DNA from: Trichoplax sp. H2
Lineage: Eukaryota
DNA length: 64,000 nt
NCBI GenBank assembly: GCA_003344405.1
Contig: NOWV01000275.1
Span: forward strand, 1-64,000
Direction: 5' to 3'
Shown: positions 1-13,364 of the stretch, in pieces
Numbering within the stretch: the first letter of the stretch is position 1
Layout: each line of letters starts with the position of its first letter
Position numbers and translations under genes: made by a program
The notes under the pieces: model-generated
Seen by the model: only the letters and a program-made list of their open reading frames with translations
Told to the model about the DNA's origin: nothing
Database searches by the model: none

Positions 1-1721
1 ATTGTAATATTTCTTTTCTTGCAAAGCTGTAGAACAACAAAATGCAGAATAGGGCTACGGTTATCCGTCGCTCTCTTGTCTACTACTGTATTAAAACTCC
101 ACTTACCTTTCTGTTGTACGTCTTGATTGTTGTGACTGCCGTCGATAGTATTTGCTGGCGCTGTGACGTTGTTGGTTTGATTCGGTTGAAACAGTTTAAC
201 GATACTTTTGATCCAATTTCTCGCTATTGATGTCGACGATTTCTGCTTCTGGAGAGTGATTTCGATATTCTTTTCTATCCTTGTAACTAGGCCATCATTT
301 CCGCTTAAGGCTGCGATCTGGAGTGACTTGTGAAAATGATCCACAGCCTGATCGTACTTGCCTTGGCATCTATAGACAACTCCTATGTTGTCATATGAGC
401 TGGCAACATCGGGATGATTTTGACCAAGGACTGACAATTCAATTTGCAGTGACTTGTGCAACATATCCACAGCCTGATCGTACTTGCCTTGGCCATAATA
501 GACACATCCTATGCTGTTATATGAGTTGGCAACATCGGGGTGATTGTGACCAAGGACTGACAATCGAATTTGCAGTGACTTGTCATACATCTCCACAGCC
601 TGATCGTACTTGCCTTGGTGATGATAGACAGCTCCTATGTTGTTATATGACCACGCAACATCAGGATGATTGTGACCAAGGACTGACAATCGAATTTGCA
701 GTGACTTGTCATACATCTCCACAGCCTGATCGTACTTGCCTTGGCGACGATAGACAGCTCCTATGTTGTGATATGACCACGCAACATCAGGATGATTGTG
801 ACCAAGGACTGACAATCCAATTTGCAGTGACTTGTGCAACATCTCCACAGCCTGATCGATCTTGCCTTGGTGATGATAGACAACTCCTATGTTGTTATAT
901 GAGCTGGCAACATCGGGATGATTGTGACCAAGGACTGACAATCGAATTTGCAGTGACTTGTCATACATATCCATAGCCTGATCGATCTTGCCTTGGTCAT
1001 GATAGACAGCTCCTATGTTGTTATATGAGCTGGCAACATCGGGATGATTGTGACCAAGGACTGACAATCGAATTTGCAGTGACTTGTCATACATCTCCAC
1101 AGCTTGATCGTACTTGCCTTGGTCATGATAGACACCTCCTATGTTGTTATATGAGTTGGCAACATGGGGATGATTGTGACCAAGAACTGACAATCGAATT
1201 TGCAGTGACTTATCGGACATATCCAGACATAAGTCAAGCTTGCGCAAGTCCAAGTAGACGCACCCAATTTGATGATAACTATCGGCAAGACGAGCATCCT
1301 TTTCGTCTAAGCATTTTAATTTCATTTCCAACGATTTCTTACCGTCTTGCAGTGCTCCGTTGTAATCCCCTTGGCGTCTCTTAATCTCGCTTTTTCTTAG
1401 TAAACATTGAGCCATGCGCACTTTATCTTGCAGTTTAGTAGCCACAGTTTGTCCCTTTTTACTCCAATCAACAGCTTCCTTGAATTGATATTGTAAAGTG
1501 TAAATGTCACAAAGACCAAGATAAATATCGCATGCAAGTCGATCAATATCCGCACTAGGATTCGACAACGAAGCAATCGCATCGACAGCTTGTGTATAAC
1601 AAGATAGTCCGTCCACCAACTGGAAGGCAGTCTTGCATGAGTTGCCCTTGTCGTACAGTGATTGTATACGGGTATGGTGAGGAAGTCCACTCGTGGAACA
1701 GACAGATTCATCATCAGCCAT
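1..1721 (-). CDS. TPR-repeat protein with 42-aa kinesin-light-chain/nephrocystin-3-type TPR repeats; 3' part runs off the window
   Basis: Manual minus-strand translation from ATG 1721 (splice acceptor 6 nt upstream) is open for 538 codons: MADDESVCSTSG... degenerate TPRs ...7 x KSLQIRLSVLGHNHPDVAxSYxNIGxVYxxQGKYDQAVEMYD... Donor GTAAGT at 106 and acceptor CAG at 27 define an 80-nt phase-1 intron; next exon 26..1 reads (A)LQEKKYYN. The ORF track missed it because the frame has no stop before the window edge. Confidence 0.95.
   Translation of the reverse strand, partial: MADDESVCSTSGLPHHTRIQSLYDKGNSCKTAFQLVDGLSCYTQAVDAIASLSNPSADIDRLACDIYLGLCDIYTLQYQFKEAVDWSKKGQTVATKLQDKVRMAQCLLRKSEIKRRQGDYNGALQDGKKSLEMKLKCLDEKDARLADSYHQIGCVYLDLRKLDLCLDMSDKSLQIRLSVLGHNHPHVANSYNNIGGVYHDQGKYDQAVEMYDKSLQIRLSVLGHNHPDVASSYNNIGAVYHDQGKIDQAMDMYDKSLQIRLSVLGHNHPDVASSYNNIGVVYHHQGKIDQAVEMLHKSLQIGLSVLGHNHPDVAWSYHNIGAVYRRQGKYDQAVEMYDKSLQIRLSVLGHNHPDVAWSYNNIGAVYHHQGKYDQAVEMYDKSLQIRLSVLGHNHPDVANSYNSIGCVYYGQGKYDQAVDMLHKSLQIELSVLGQNHPDVASSYDNIGVVYRCQGKYDQAVDHFHKSLQIAALSGNDGLVTRIEKNIEITLQKQKSSTSIARNWIKSIVKLFQPNQTNNVTAPANTIDGSHNNQDVQQKGKWSFNTVVDKRATDNRSPILHFVVLQLCKKRNIT
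330..1211 (-). repeat. Coding tandem array, 7 x 126 bp (TPR units)
   Basis: The motif gtgactt recurs at 323, 449, 575, 701, 827, 953, 1079 and 1205 (exact 126-bp period); units differ at only a few codons. Confidence 0.97.
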
Positions 1722-4700
1722 CTTTTCCTGCACTCAATTCAATAGTATGTGAGTTAAAGACTTGAACGACAGGTTAGAGACAAATAAGATTTAAATCAAG
1801 CTTCGTTGCAACCATTCATGACTAATCATCGGATCGATATTATCTCCATGTATTAATGAGATTATGTCGGAATGGTTGTACTTGCGTGCTAGTCGTAGTT
1901 CAACACAACAACATCAATTATTCCATTATAGACAATTTTCAAGCATCAATAAATCAACTTCTACAATATCGTCTATCAATTTCGCATGGAAGATTATCCG
2001 AAAATCATTCTATCAATCTCTGTAAATGATTACTGAAGACAACGCTATCGGACAATCGTGTGCTGACATCAATGCCAAACTAAATCCAAGGAGTAGACTA
2101 ATTTACGTATACATTAACAAAATGCACTCCAGCTTCCAAACAGATTATACTCATAATCATAATAACCATCAAACAGCAATCGTTTTATTCTAACAGACAA
2201 CAGCAAATGAATGCTAGCCACATCAATGATAGTGCAAAATAAGAAAGGATGCTTATAATATAGTTTCGTTGGCGTCGTTTACCTATCTTTCATTTCTATT
2301 TTTACTTGAAATACAATGTATAATGATGGATACCCAAACGGAATAGGTCACTTACCAATAGATGTTTTAAAAATCGGCTAATAACAACTTGATGATTTTG
2401 CTGTGACGTCGATTTAATTCTATCAATCCGACTGCGCGCTGCTTATTGCAAACAGGAGCAAGTGGATAAAAAGAGAATCGACAGGTGACATAAAACTCTA
2501 CTCGGCTAAACAGCTCTATCCCATATCAGCGATTACAGACTACTAACTCATTGGTTATTTCGTACCTATAAGTACTCCTTGCAAAGTCCTGTATGAGGAA
2601 GGACACTATTGATAACCATGAAGCTTGCTTGGCTAGAAATCCCAGTTGACACCTGCAGCTATGCCGCGCTTTTACTCTTTAGTCCCATATGGATGATGTA
2701 ATAGCCGACGGATAAAGGTTGCTATAGTAACTGCGCCATTAAGTTAGGGTTTTATTAATTAACTTATGCTTTGCTAGGTCTTCTATATTATATTGCTGTA
2801 CCGCGTACTGGTAGTCCCCTCTTTAGTATATAGTTTATATCGCTATATTATGATCTTATGGCGACGCCTAAATTAAACTACATAATTCAATCTATTGACG
2901 AAAAACTGAATGTATACTCAAAGCTCTCGTGGCTGACCATTGATTGAACTACTGACCTTTAAATTTCTACATTATCCATGATCGACACTTGTTGATTACT
3001 TGAATATGTGGGCTCTCTCTGCATAAGGTAGATGCACCGTAAGCGTCCACCAAAATGGGTAATAGCCTTAAATATCCTTTAATTGTAATTCTTAATTATT
3101 AATATATACGTTAAAATACCTATACAGAACAGAGAAAAGATACTAAAGCTCATATACAATCATCTTGGCAGGATTCTACAAAATACCTTTTAGTAGGTGT
3201 ATTTATATAAGGCTTGTGATAAGCTGCGGCTCTCGTTTGCAAAAATTAATATAAGAACATATTTCTACGATCGTATTTTTGTTGATAAGAAATATTCTTC
3301 ATTCTGTTCTATTCAGTCTTGGTAACCCTAAAACCCTAATCGAAAACTAAATATCCATACCAAATAATTATTGTAATACCGCTACTTTATGCAGCATATG
3401 AGTATAGTGCACTTTGTTCCTATACGATTTTTTTTTAGTGGTTTACTTCTCATTTCTACTTTCGACTCCAATCATCTTCCAAACCGTAACGTGGGACAAC
3501 TAAATATTGTTAAAGGGCTACAACTAGCGGGAATTTTATGTTATTTTTAAATAAAATTAGGTTTCTTTGCAACGACTTGTGCATAGTCATAAGACCTTAT
3601 GAAAGTAAAACAGCTCTAATTTGTATTAGTTTATTAAATACGAGTTTAAGATTAACCTACGAGTATCTTCCCTACCGAATTTCTATTTCTTGTTAGCTTA
3701 GTAAGCCGTCAATGATGTTATTTGTAAAAGTTCATTGGCATTATGCCAATGAATTATTGCATGGGTAGATAACTAACCAGATACATCAACAACGGATTAC
3801 AACATTGGATATGCAATAAAACGGATTAATCACTTGACTAATCAGCAGTAGCGTATTCTACTTTGATTGGCAACAGGCATCCAATACAGGCATTGCATTA
3901 CAACAAGGCACTAACCTCTCAGCACTTACGCTCGCTGCATTCTCGCGCCAAAGAAGCTTCTTAGTCAACAAGTTCAGCTTCGATCCATGGTCACAGAACT
4001 CATTCTCAAGGATAGGTTATCATTTCTACGAGGATACCTCAACAGTTTTCAACAACCAAGAGAAGTATTTTATGATCGGAGTAGAGTAAAGTAAGATCAA
4101 ATTAAAATCTCCTGACAGGATTGGCGTGAGTACTGCTTGGCCTGATTGCAAATTGCATGCTATAGATACAAGATGTAATCCTTCATACACTCTGGAAGCA
4201 CTGCAATCCATAGCAATTCCGTATGATTACTACCTTAATTTTATTCAATAATTAAGAATCAATAAATTGTTAATATACACCATTTAAAGAAAATTGTTTA
4301 GTATCCTTTATAAACTGTTCGACAAATGACAGTAAAAAATCAACGGAATACAGTAGCGCACGATGAAGATGATATCAAGCGATTCAGCAAGATGGCTTAG
4401 TTATTGGACTCATCATCGATGATGATCGCCAATAAAACAGTGGCCAACAGTAATTTCTGTCATCGGAAGAACAATCTTCATATTAATTCAAAGAGGATAA
4501 AAGATGTAACATATAAAGAATCATCTACGCTTACTTCTCGTATGCACTAATTTGCACTACTTTAACATAGCTGTCGAAGGCACGCTAATGTTGGCTTCAG
4601 ACAATAGAGCTAAAATGGACATGGTTGGTACTTTTATCAACTACATGGAGGAGAATTGCCTAGTCTATGCTGTACATGCATGCTTACAAATTATTTCTAG

Positions 4701-6486
4701 TCAAAATAATATACCAATCTCAGCTCTAAAAATGCTGCACGGTGCAAAATGGAGCAAAGAATTTGGACAGACTCCACGCTGTACTATGTAATTTTAAGTA
4801 AACTTACTTCTTAAAGCTTCCTAAACTGTTTCTACATGAAGTTGATACCAATGCAATAAGTTCAAAACTAATATTGAGCAGCTAACTAGTAATATCAGGG
4901 TAACTTGCTCAACTCTGGTTAAAACAGGTCATGACATTTTACAGGTGCACTAGCTGTACTACCATCTTGTACCAAGTACTAACTCGTCTAAAATAATCAA
5001 GACTGGAGCATTCTCGTGGAAGCTGATATGCTATCGAAACTGCGATTTGATGCAGTACACTAATGCATTCTAGCTTATAAACTGTCCGTTTACTGTACAA
5101 GACTAATCAATTTCTCCATGAGGAGTACTAGAGTAGCTTCTCAAACTTGGGTAATAGCCACAAAGATTGTAACCGCTCCATGACCAGTGGCGCTCGATGA
5201 TTACAGGAAAGGTGCCGATGGTGTAATTTAAACGAACCATAGACGGATTCAACATGATTTTATTCATTTGATCTTCCATTTACTCAAATTATTCAAGAGT
5301 CTTTTACTCGTTTTAGCTCATACTGTCTTGATGAAATGTCGTACAAATTGGCAGGACAAGCCCGGAGTGAGATGGAAAGATCAAATACAGTCGTTGCCAT
5401 GAATGTGAAAATTTTGCCTTGCCAATGTTACAATTTTCCAACCTATGGCTATATTGTTTGGTTCAGCGATTTAGTCTATGGACCATTGACTATACAATTT
5501 ATGCAAGGTATGCTCTATCGTAGTCATCAGGTGTTGCTACACAGACATGGTCTTGAACGATCTTCAATGGATTTCTTGAGTGGCTTATAACCAAGTAGAG
5601 AAATGGTTGGTCGCAAGGATGTTGGATGAAAGTAAGTTAGTAGTAAATTCGTGTTTTGTCCAAATAATGATTGGCTTACTCTACTATGTTATAATGGTCG
5701 TTTAATCTATCTCTAAATAAGTACAGTTTTATTTAATTATTTTATAGTTTAACTCGATTACATCACCTTTGGCTGTAGGACTGAATGCATTTTTCCTTAG
5801 TTTACTACCGGTTACAGTGAGTCCCCATGTAATAACAGTAAAGCAATTTCGCCTTAATTTCGTACTTCGTAGCAATCATGACTAGAAGCTATTCACAGTC
5901 GATAACTGGCATTTAACTAGCTCTTCTTGCAATTCAATATAGCAAAAGATTTCTTTATTGTCAGGATCTTTATGACTTTCATAAAAGTAGGTTAATTCTA
6001 CCGTCTGAAACAACGTCACTTTGCATAAAATAGCACAGCATGAACAAGTTTAACTCACAATTAGTACAAGCAAAAATGAATAGAAACCGTAATTAAGAAA
6101 CGCTTTAGAATATTTTACAATTATAAATGTTTTATCCTTCACCAGCAATTTATAAGTGCTCCATAAGTATTTAAAGTAAATTTATGATGCTTATCATGTT
6201 GTCATTTCGTTGTGGACAGGAATAAAATGTTAAAAACTTAATTTTTACATCAGCAGATTCTTACACAAAACGTGATTGTGATGGCGAAGCTGAAAGATTG
6301 AAATCAATCACATTGAGCATTGCTAATATTGTCCATCAAATTGTTGGTTTATTTCAACCAAGGCAAAATAAAACATTATTTTCTTATAACGCTAATTATT
6401 TTGATCATGAAAAAATGCAAATAAGCACAAATAGACCATCAATCAATTAGAATCTACACTAAAGTAGACGAAAGAAGATTAGTCCT

Positions 6487-7168
6487 CTAGGAATTTTGTT
6501 CGTTTGGGATAATAATATCATTTCTGCCAATCGTTTTCAAAGCGTTCCGCAATAGATTAAGGGTAGCATTTGGGCATTTCCTTCTATACCACTGATTCAG
6601 CGATTGGATGGCACTGTTATAGGCATGACCACGATGTTTTGCTTCGATAACCTCAGTATCAATCGTTGGATCTAGGACTGTTGCTAATTTTGTCCAGTCT
6701 ACACCAACACAACTAGCGATCGAGTGAAAATAGTTTCTAGGATCTATAAGACACGAATAAAATATATATTACCACATAAGTCATCTTAAAATTACAAATT
6801 GAAAATATCTTATCATAGACTAGCCGAACCCGCATACGCAGCTGTGTGCTATCAATATGACTCAATAATTTAAGGAAATACCACATGATTTAAATGTGGA
6901 TACATTTGTTTTAATTGAACCTAATTCATTTCACTTATTGTTGGATACTCACAAATAAAGTAGTGGAGTAGTAGTTTATATGTTCTAATTATAATTTGAA
7001 ATATTCGTTGGCATTCTAATTAGCTAGCAGAACTTTGTGCGATAATATCATACATAATAATCACTTCTAGTCACTATTATAATTAAATGAGCAAATGAAT
7101 TACTATAATTATGAATAGAAAACGATTTAATTAACACTTACCGTCATCTTTCACATTATCCTTCGGCT
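6487..7168 (-). CDS. Terminal exons encoding a C-terminal death domain
   Basis: Exon 6743..6487 (acceptor TAG, phase 1, stop TAG) reads DPRNYFHSIASCVGVDWTKLATVLDPTIDTEVIEAKHRGHAYNSAIQSLNQWYRRKCPNATLNLLRNALKTIGRNDIIIPNEQNS*. This matches the death-domain pattern IA..vG.dW..LA..L...I..IE....A...L..W....AT...L..AL..igR.D. A phase-compatible 27-nt micro-exon 7168..7142 (xPKDNVKDD) has a polypyrimidine acceptor and a GTAAGT donor. Upstream exons are not resolved. Confidence 0.85.
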
Positions 7169-7629
7169 CTAAAGGAATGAAATAAAGAAGAGGAATAATA
7201 AATTGGCAGTTCTATGTTCATGTAATTTGTAGGGGTTAGCTAATCGTAGAAAGCTTACTGGACAAACTATGAGGCACTGTCGGTACTGTATTGGACAGTA
7301 TACTGTGTACAGTATGCTACTGCTACGATTGAACTTGTAGACTAGACATCACAAATAGTTGAAAATAGTCTATGTATCAGTATGGAAATAAACTCAAACA
7401 GGTTACTAAGAATAAGAAAGTCTGGACGTCTGGATGTACGGATCTCTTCGGAGTTGGGACATCCTCTGGTAGTATGGAAGACTATTATTTCAGCGTGACT
7501 TGTATACTGGTGGAGCCGACCGTACACGTAGTAGTGACTGTTGGTTTGTATTCGAAATTTGAAAGAAATCAAATAACTCAATTATAATGCGGTAAAAGTG
7601 GGGGAAAAAAAGCATCTAGTGCCAATTAA

Positions 7630-9240
7630 TCAGAGTTATCGTCATCTGTATTCGTGAAATTTTAGCTAAATTCAAAGTAAATGCCTTCAAAATTGAATGG
7701 CCTAATTGAAGGGCTATCGCTGAACAATTCTCGACTAGTATATACGCCTATAGGGCTCGCCACACCTACGAAATAGCGGTCTAATGAAGGCTACATTTCT
7801 TGAACTTTTGAAAAGATGCCAGCGATGAACGGTCTAAAAAGAAGGGCATCTCTTATTTCGATTTCAGTTTGTAGAGATCCCTGCACAAGGCTGATGTAGT
7901 TTTGATGTAATGGACTGTACAATACTCAATAATTCTACTCAATGTCCAGCTCTATCCTCACTAATGAGGATCCGAAAAGCATCAATTCGAGTCAAAGTGG
8001 AACCGTGAACAGGCGTCAAACTGATTTTGATTTTAAAGCCTCTCTGCCTTCCATTAGGATTAACCAATTTCCATAGGCTGGGTTTAAAAAAATAGCATCA
8101 ACACGCTTCAAATTGTGAATCAGCTTTCATATCGAGCCACTGGTTGTCTTGCCTCTCAATCTTCAAGTATATGTTGTATGGAAGCCAGATCTGCAATGGG
8201 GTTGTCAGTCCTATTGATGATCAAATAAAATCCAAGCCCATTTGATCGTCATCTTATGACCTGTTTATAATGCCGATATTATATAAGTTGAATCTTGTTC
8301 ATCATTCTAATTTGCTCCGATAATAAAAGTGATTGCAATTGCTATTAAAGTAGGTATTCCACTGCTTTAGGGTATAACTTTATTCACTAATACGGTATAA
8401 TGCGTCAAATCGAGCTAGTTTATATCCAATGAATATCATTTCTAACATTACCCTCCAGTTGAAGTATTTACATACATGTAGACGTGTTGTGATGAACCTT
8501 TTTAATTTATTAACCTCTAAGGTTTGCAATCTACTAGCTCAAAATTGACCCAGCTATGCTACATCACATCATGCTTTACTTCATTTTTCATTTTACTGTC
8601 AAAATATGTTATCCTTGTAATAGGCTAATATGGCTACGCGCGTATTGCGCACCAAGCGATAGTGAGTCTGTCATTACTTAAGAAGGAACGGATATCGTTC
8701 TAGTTTAACTGAAGAGAAATAGAGCAGGAAATTATTGACAAAACTTCGCATAGACTACTAGTCAATATGTCAAGCTAATTAGAGATTTTCTTGATTGTAG
8801 CTAAATGGAAGATGCTGTAATTACTTCATCGAGGTTCATTATTTGTCATTAGATTGCTTCCAAACTGCCGTTGTAACTACAAAATTTTCTCTTTCAAGGC
8901 ATTCATAGCGCTAACGCAGAATAGATTAATTGGAAAATGTAAATGTATTTATTCTGTTGTAAGGTCATCATTCCGTTGTAAAATAAGATTTGTTCGCAAT
9001 GTGATAATTACAACCGTCTCTAGATAGGGAATGAAATTATTCATTAAAATTAAATTAAGTTCTATTTGCAAAATAGCAAATTTAGTGTCTAGGTACGGTA
9101 GCTGTTAATTTAGTGATTGCTCTCTTGTCTTAAATCATAAGATCCAGCGATAATTATAATTAACGTTGCTCTATCTATTTATCTTAATAGTATTAGTCCA
9201 GGAGGTAACTTAATAATTTTTAGCCATTTCACGCTATTGC
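7630..9240 (-). pseudogene. Possible decayed Roc-COR (ROCO) coding sequence upstream of the death domain
   Basis: Stop- and frameshift-ridden fragments lie in the expected order: DRATLIIIIAGSYDLR (~9170, Roc 'rA.y.lv.Dl'-like), ETVVIITLRTNL (~9010, G4-like), FCVSAMNALKEKIL*...EPR* (~8830-8920, G5 VSA plus COR-start P.W with W mutated to TGA), and COR-like fragments at 7700-8260. Recognised by eye only; no clear P-loop found. Confidence 0.3.
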
Positions 9241-12200
9241 GACATCATAATTAATTAGTAGTCAATATCTTCTCCACAATTATAGTAATTATATATACAG
9301 TATATACACATGTACTCGTGTAGTATGTTGCTGATGTTCTCCATTTCTCCTCATAATACAGCTCATATCCAATGCCATATTCATCAATATATTCCGCACC
9401 ATAGATAATTACTGAAATATTGATTACTTAATACTAGAACGATTGAAATAGATAACAAACCAGGATTAAAAAGATCAAACAACATACCAGAGGGAATTAC
9501 TGAAATACTACTTGCTTAGTACAGCAACGATAGAAATCGCTAAAAGTCATGCATAATCCAATGGATGATAGTCATAATGATTGGATATTTGGGATAGATT
9601 AATAAGCAAGTAACTATGCTCTCTCCATTATTGGTAATCTCTGAATATTTTGAATACTGATTTTAATTCGAAAATAAGCTCTATCTGGACATCGTCCGTA
9701 AGAAACTAACGTTGTATACAAAAACATAAAATCATCCAAGTTTCATATTTTTATTTATTAGAATATGGCATGTTATATTAATTATTGTACTTGCATCCTT
9801 GATTGATTAATTAACTTAATTGATAAATTGATGTAGAATACATTAGTTATTGTTTTCGACTAGATTGAGGAAATATACATTTGTTAGATACCAACATATG
9901 TAGTTTACATTTATAGAACTGTTATACCTAAAGCGAACAATAGATGATAATTTCATCGGAAGTTTATTGTGATGTAGCCTGAATATTGACATTTTCTTGT
10001 GAAACTTTAATTGAATTATCAATCGTTAAGTAGCAATAAATTGTAATGGTTGATATCGTGCCGAGTTATACAGCTTTTAATGCACTTTACTTACAAATTA
10101 TGGCCTATTGATGTACTGTAAACTGAAAACTAATCATAGAAAAATTGTAATTATAAAGAAAAATTTTTTAGCATTGACAAGTTTTTAAAATATTCTGATG
10201 GAGAATTTAAATAAAATAATCGACGATGATACTTTGCTAATAACCATTTGCGATAACTATCAAGTCAACTTGAGCATTTTTGCATGATAATCAGCAATAT
10301 GAATGAAATTTTTCATTCTGAATTAAAAAAAATACTGGGAGAAATTGATAAATATCCTGACTGTGATAGAAAATGCGCTGTCAGGCTACTTACAATAAAA
10401 ATCATAATACATTAAGAACTGATGGTTAAAAAATAGTTTATTATTATTAAAGATATTAAATTGGACAGAAAACAGAATTACAGACCTAATAGTTCTCTTG
10501 ATAACTTGACTCGCTATTTCGAAATCCTATCGACCATTTATAGTTCATCAGTTTGAAAAATATAACTAGAGTAGAAATAGGCCAAATTAGCTTTGATACA
10601 TCTATTTAATGCATTCACAATAGAAATTTATTGCCTCCTTCATAAGAGTTTGAATAATTTCCGAAGGCATTTTTGGTTAAATTCGTGCATGACAACAAGA
10701 GCAAGCTCATAAACAAGCACTAACCGCATATAAAAGTAATAAACCCTTTGATTTGTATCTATTTGCAACTGAAAATCATTGACCCTGTCATTGATTAAAT
10801 AGCAGAATCTATTATAATACTAGTATCCTTGTCAGCTTATGTTTAGAATTGTCAACTATTATACGGCCTTTTACAATATTATGTTTTCCAAAATTTTGCA
10901 ATATGTTGTGATGAAAGAACTGATTCTATTATTAGTAAGGTTAGGGCAGTTTTCAAAGTAAAATTGAATTCTTTACCATTCTTTTCTTTTACAGCGACAT
11001 TTTTATAAAAATTATTTAGTCATCAAAAATTAAGACCAATTATTTATTGACCTCGAAAAAAGCAAAGTGGAAAATATTCTGTAGTACTTGTACATTCATA
11101 CATAATGAAGACGTTATGCAACGTAATGCATTCCATCAGTATATCGGAATATTGGATATAAACGTAATCTTGAATAGGCAAATCGCATTCCTATTATTAG
11201 TATCATTCCGGTAAAATTTTCATTTTAGCCCTTTTAAAGAACTCAATAGCGGCATTAGAATTTGTACAAAGCCAGTTTCAAATGGCCTAATGGCATTGTT
11301 GTCGAATTGATTATTAAATATTCTTCGTGCTATTTATAAAACAAATCGGATATTAAGTACGAAAAATCGGATGTACTTATTGTCTTTGAAACTAAAGAGT
11401 TTACGCGGTTATATTTCTTGAAGGATTGCAAGGATAAAGCTATGATCATCTTTTCATATCGATACAAGTTATCAAAAGGAAGCCATGTAGCTTAATTGAA
11501 TGTCATTTTTTGGTAAAAAGGTTAAACTTATTTGGTTATACTATTTAATAGAAATAGACGAGTATACTCCATGTAAAGTTATTAACATTTTAGCCAATCC
11601 CCCTGGATACTTAACGAAGATTATCGACAGGATATTACCGAATGCAGTATCCTATACAGTTGTGAGGTTCATATCAAAGTTAGGTACTCGATACGAGAGA
11701 TCTTTCTGATAATTTGTAAAACAGTATCATTTATTTAGGTTGCCAATATTACTTCAATACGATATTCAATAGTTTACTCATAGAGCATGAAAGACTGAAT
11801 AAACCAACGAGAACTTTTAACAAAACAATAATAGAGAATATGCTGGTAGGAAATTAAATTAGTATTGATGAATTAGATAATATAAATAAAAGTCATGTTT
11901 CATGGCATCTTTTAAAGAGGTTACTATATTTCTATTGCCCTCCAAATAGGATTTTACTGCATTTATTAAATACGAAGAATAACAGTTAACCCTGTAATAC
12001 TTAATTCCAGTATAGTTATCAACGATTAATTGATGAATGTGACAAATGAATAGATATGCCTGTAAAATCAGATTGTACTATTACCCTTAACGCGATGATC
12101 TAATGTCAATGCTTGTTATCACGAAGTAAACTGTTCCCATATCCTCATTTCATTATCACAATATACGCATCTATTCTAAAGGATCATCCGATAATTCATA

Positions 12201-13364
12201 ATGATGTATTATAAATTATTAATTAGCTGATTAGATAGATACAATGCCATTCAAGAAGATTGGCTATATTTCTATCAATTAAAAGATAAAACATCAATTA
12301 AGACACATCATTCTATCTACATAAAATTAAATAATAAAATTGGACAATCAATTGATGATAAAAAATATGATATTAACCTAAAAAATTGAATTGCTTGCGT
12401 TGATCGATTGCAATAATGTATTTTGCAGTTACTATTTGCTTTGGTACGTTGATAATCATTCTTTCAGTAAAGTGAAGACAGCTGATATGTTTTAGGATGA
12501 TTATAAGCATGATCATGCGTGGTAAATCTTGGAATAACACCCTATGAAAGTTATGATCAGCATTATACATGCGGACATTTATTATTAATGCCTATCAATA
12601 TTGAGGCAGCAATTGAACCTTTGTGAAATTGTTTATGATTCTAAGGTATTCTTATCACGAGATAATGAAATGTTGTTGGATAATAAACCCAATGATAACA
12701 GTACAGAAATGATGCTGTAGAACGAACTTTGACAGTATAACCAGACACTTTAGAATCTGATACACTAGTTATTATTGAAGTATAAGAGGTGCATTAATGG
12801 GTTTAATATTTCTTAGTTAGAGCCTAACGACACAATAGTGTCACGACACGAATTTCATGTCCTTTTTGTAGTCTAGCATAAAATCGGGTTATAATAATTT
12901 TTATAAAATTAGTACGTAAACTGATTTTAAATATGTAACTGTAGTATGAGTTTGATGTTTTACATTACGTTGTTAAAGTTGTTATTTCTATCTGAGTTGT
13001 GATAATAAAGTATGATTGCCGTTTAGCAGAAAAATATGATCGAGGATGTTATCGTTTGCTGGCGTCGATTAATTAGTAGTGTTGTCCTTCTCTCAGATAT
13101 TGCAAGTTTGATTGGTGACAATTGATTAAGAGGAAAAATAGCTGAACGCATTGTTACGAGTCTAAGGAATAAAAATATTAATCGTGCATAACATTATGTC
13201 ATAAGGCATTTGCATTCACTATTATTCAAGATGCATCAAGGCCTGACAAAGATTATCTATTTTTTGAATTCAACTATGGGTATGCAGCCCATGTCTTCTT
13301 TCAATTAAATAGCTTAAATCATCGTTTTCAGTATACATTAAGACTTTTAATGATTATCTCCTTT

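Noticed and set aside
323..1384. Cys-rich repetitive plus-strand ORFs (217 aa and 119 aa)
   Set aside because: Antisense shadows of the minus-strand TPR repeats; the minus frame is uninterrupted and matches a known fold, whereas the plus frame has a stop inside the array.
1397..1714. 105-aa minus-strand ORF in the track
   Set aside because: Alternative frame overlapping the real TPR N-terminus that starts at 1721.
6818..6850. Helitron-like end (minus-strand imperfect hairpin followed by CTAGT)
   Set aside because: The hairpin is weak and no matching 5' end or second copy is visible.
10000..12800. AT-rich stretch with a coding-like feel
   Set aside because: No sustained frame or recognisable motif on either strand.
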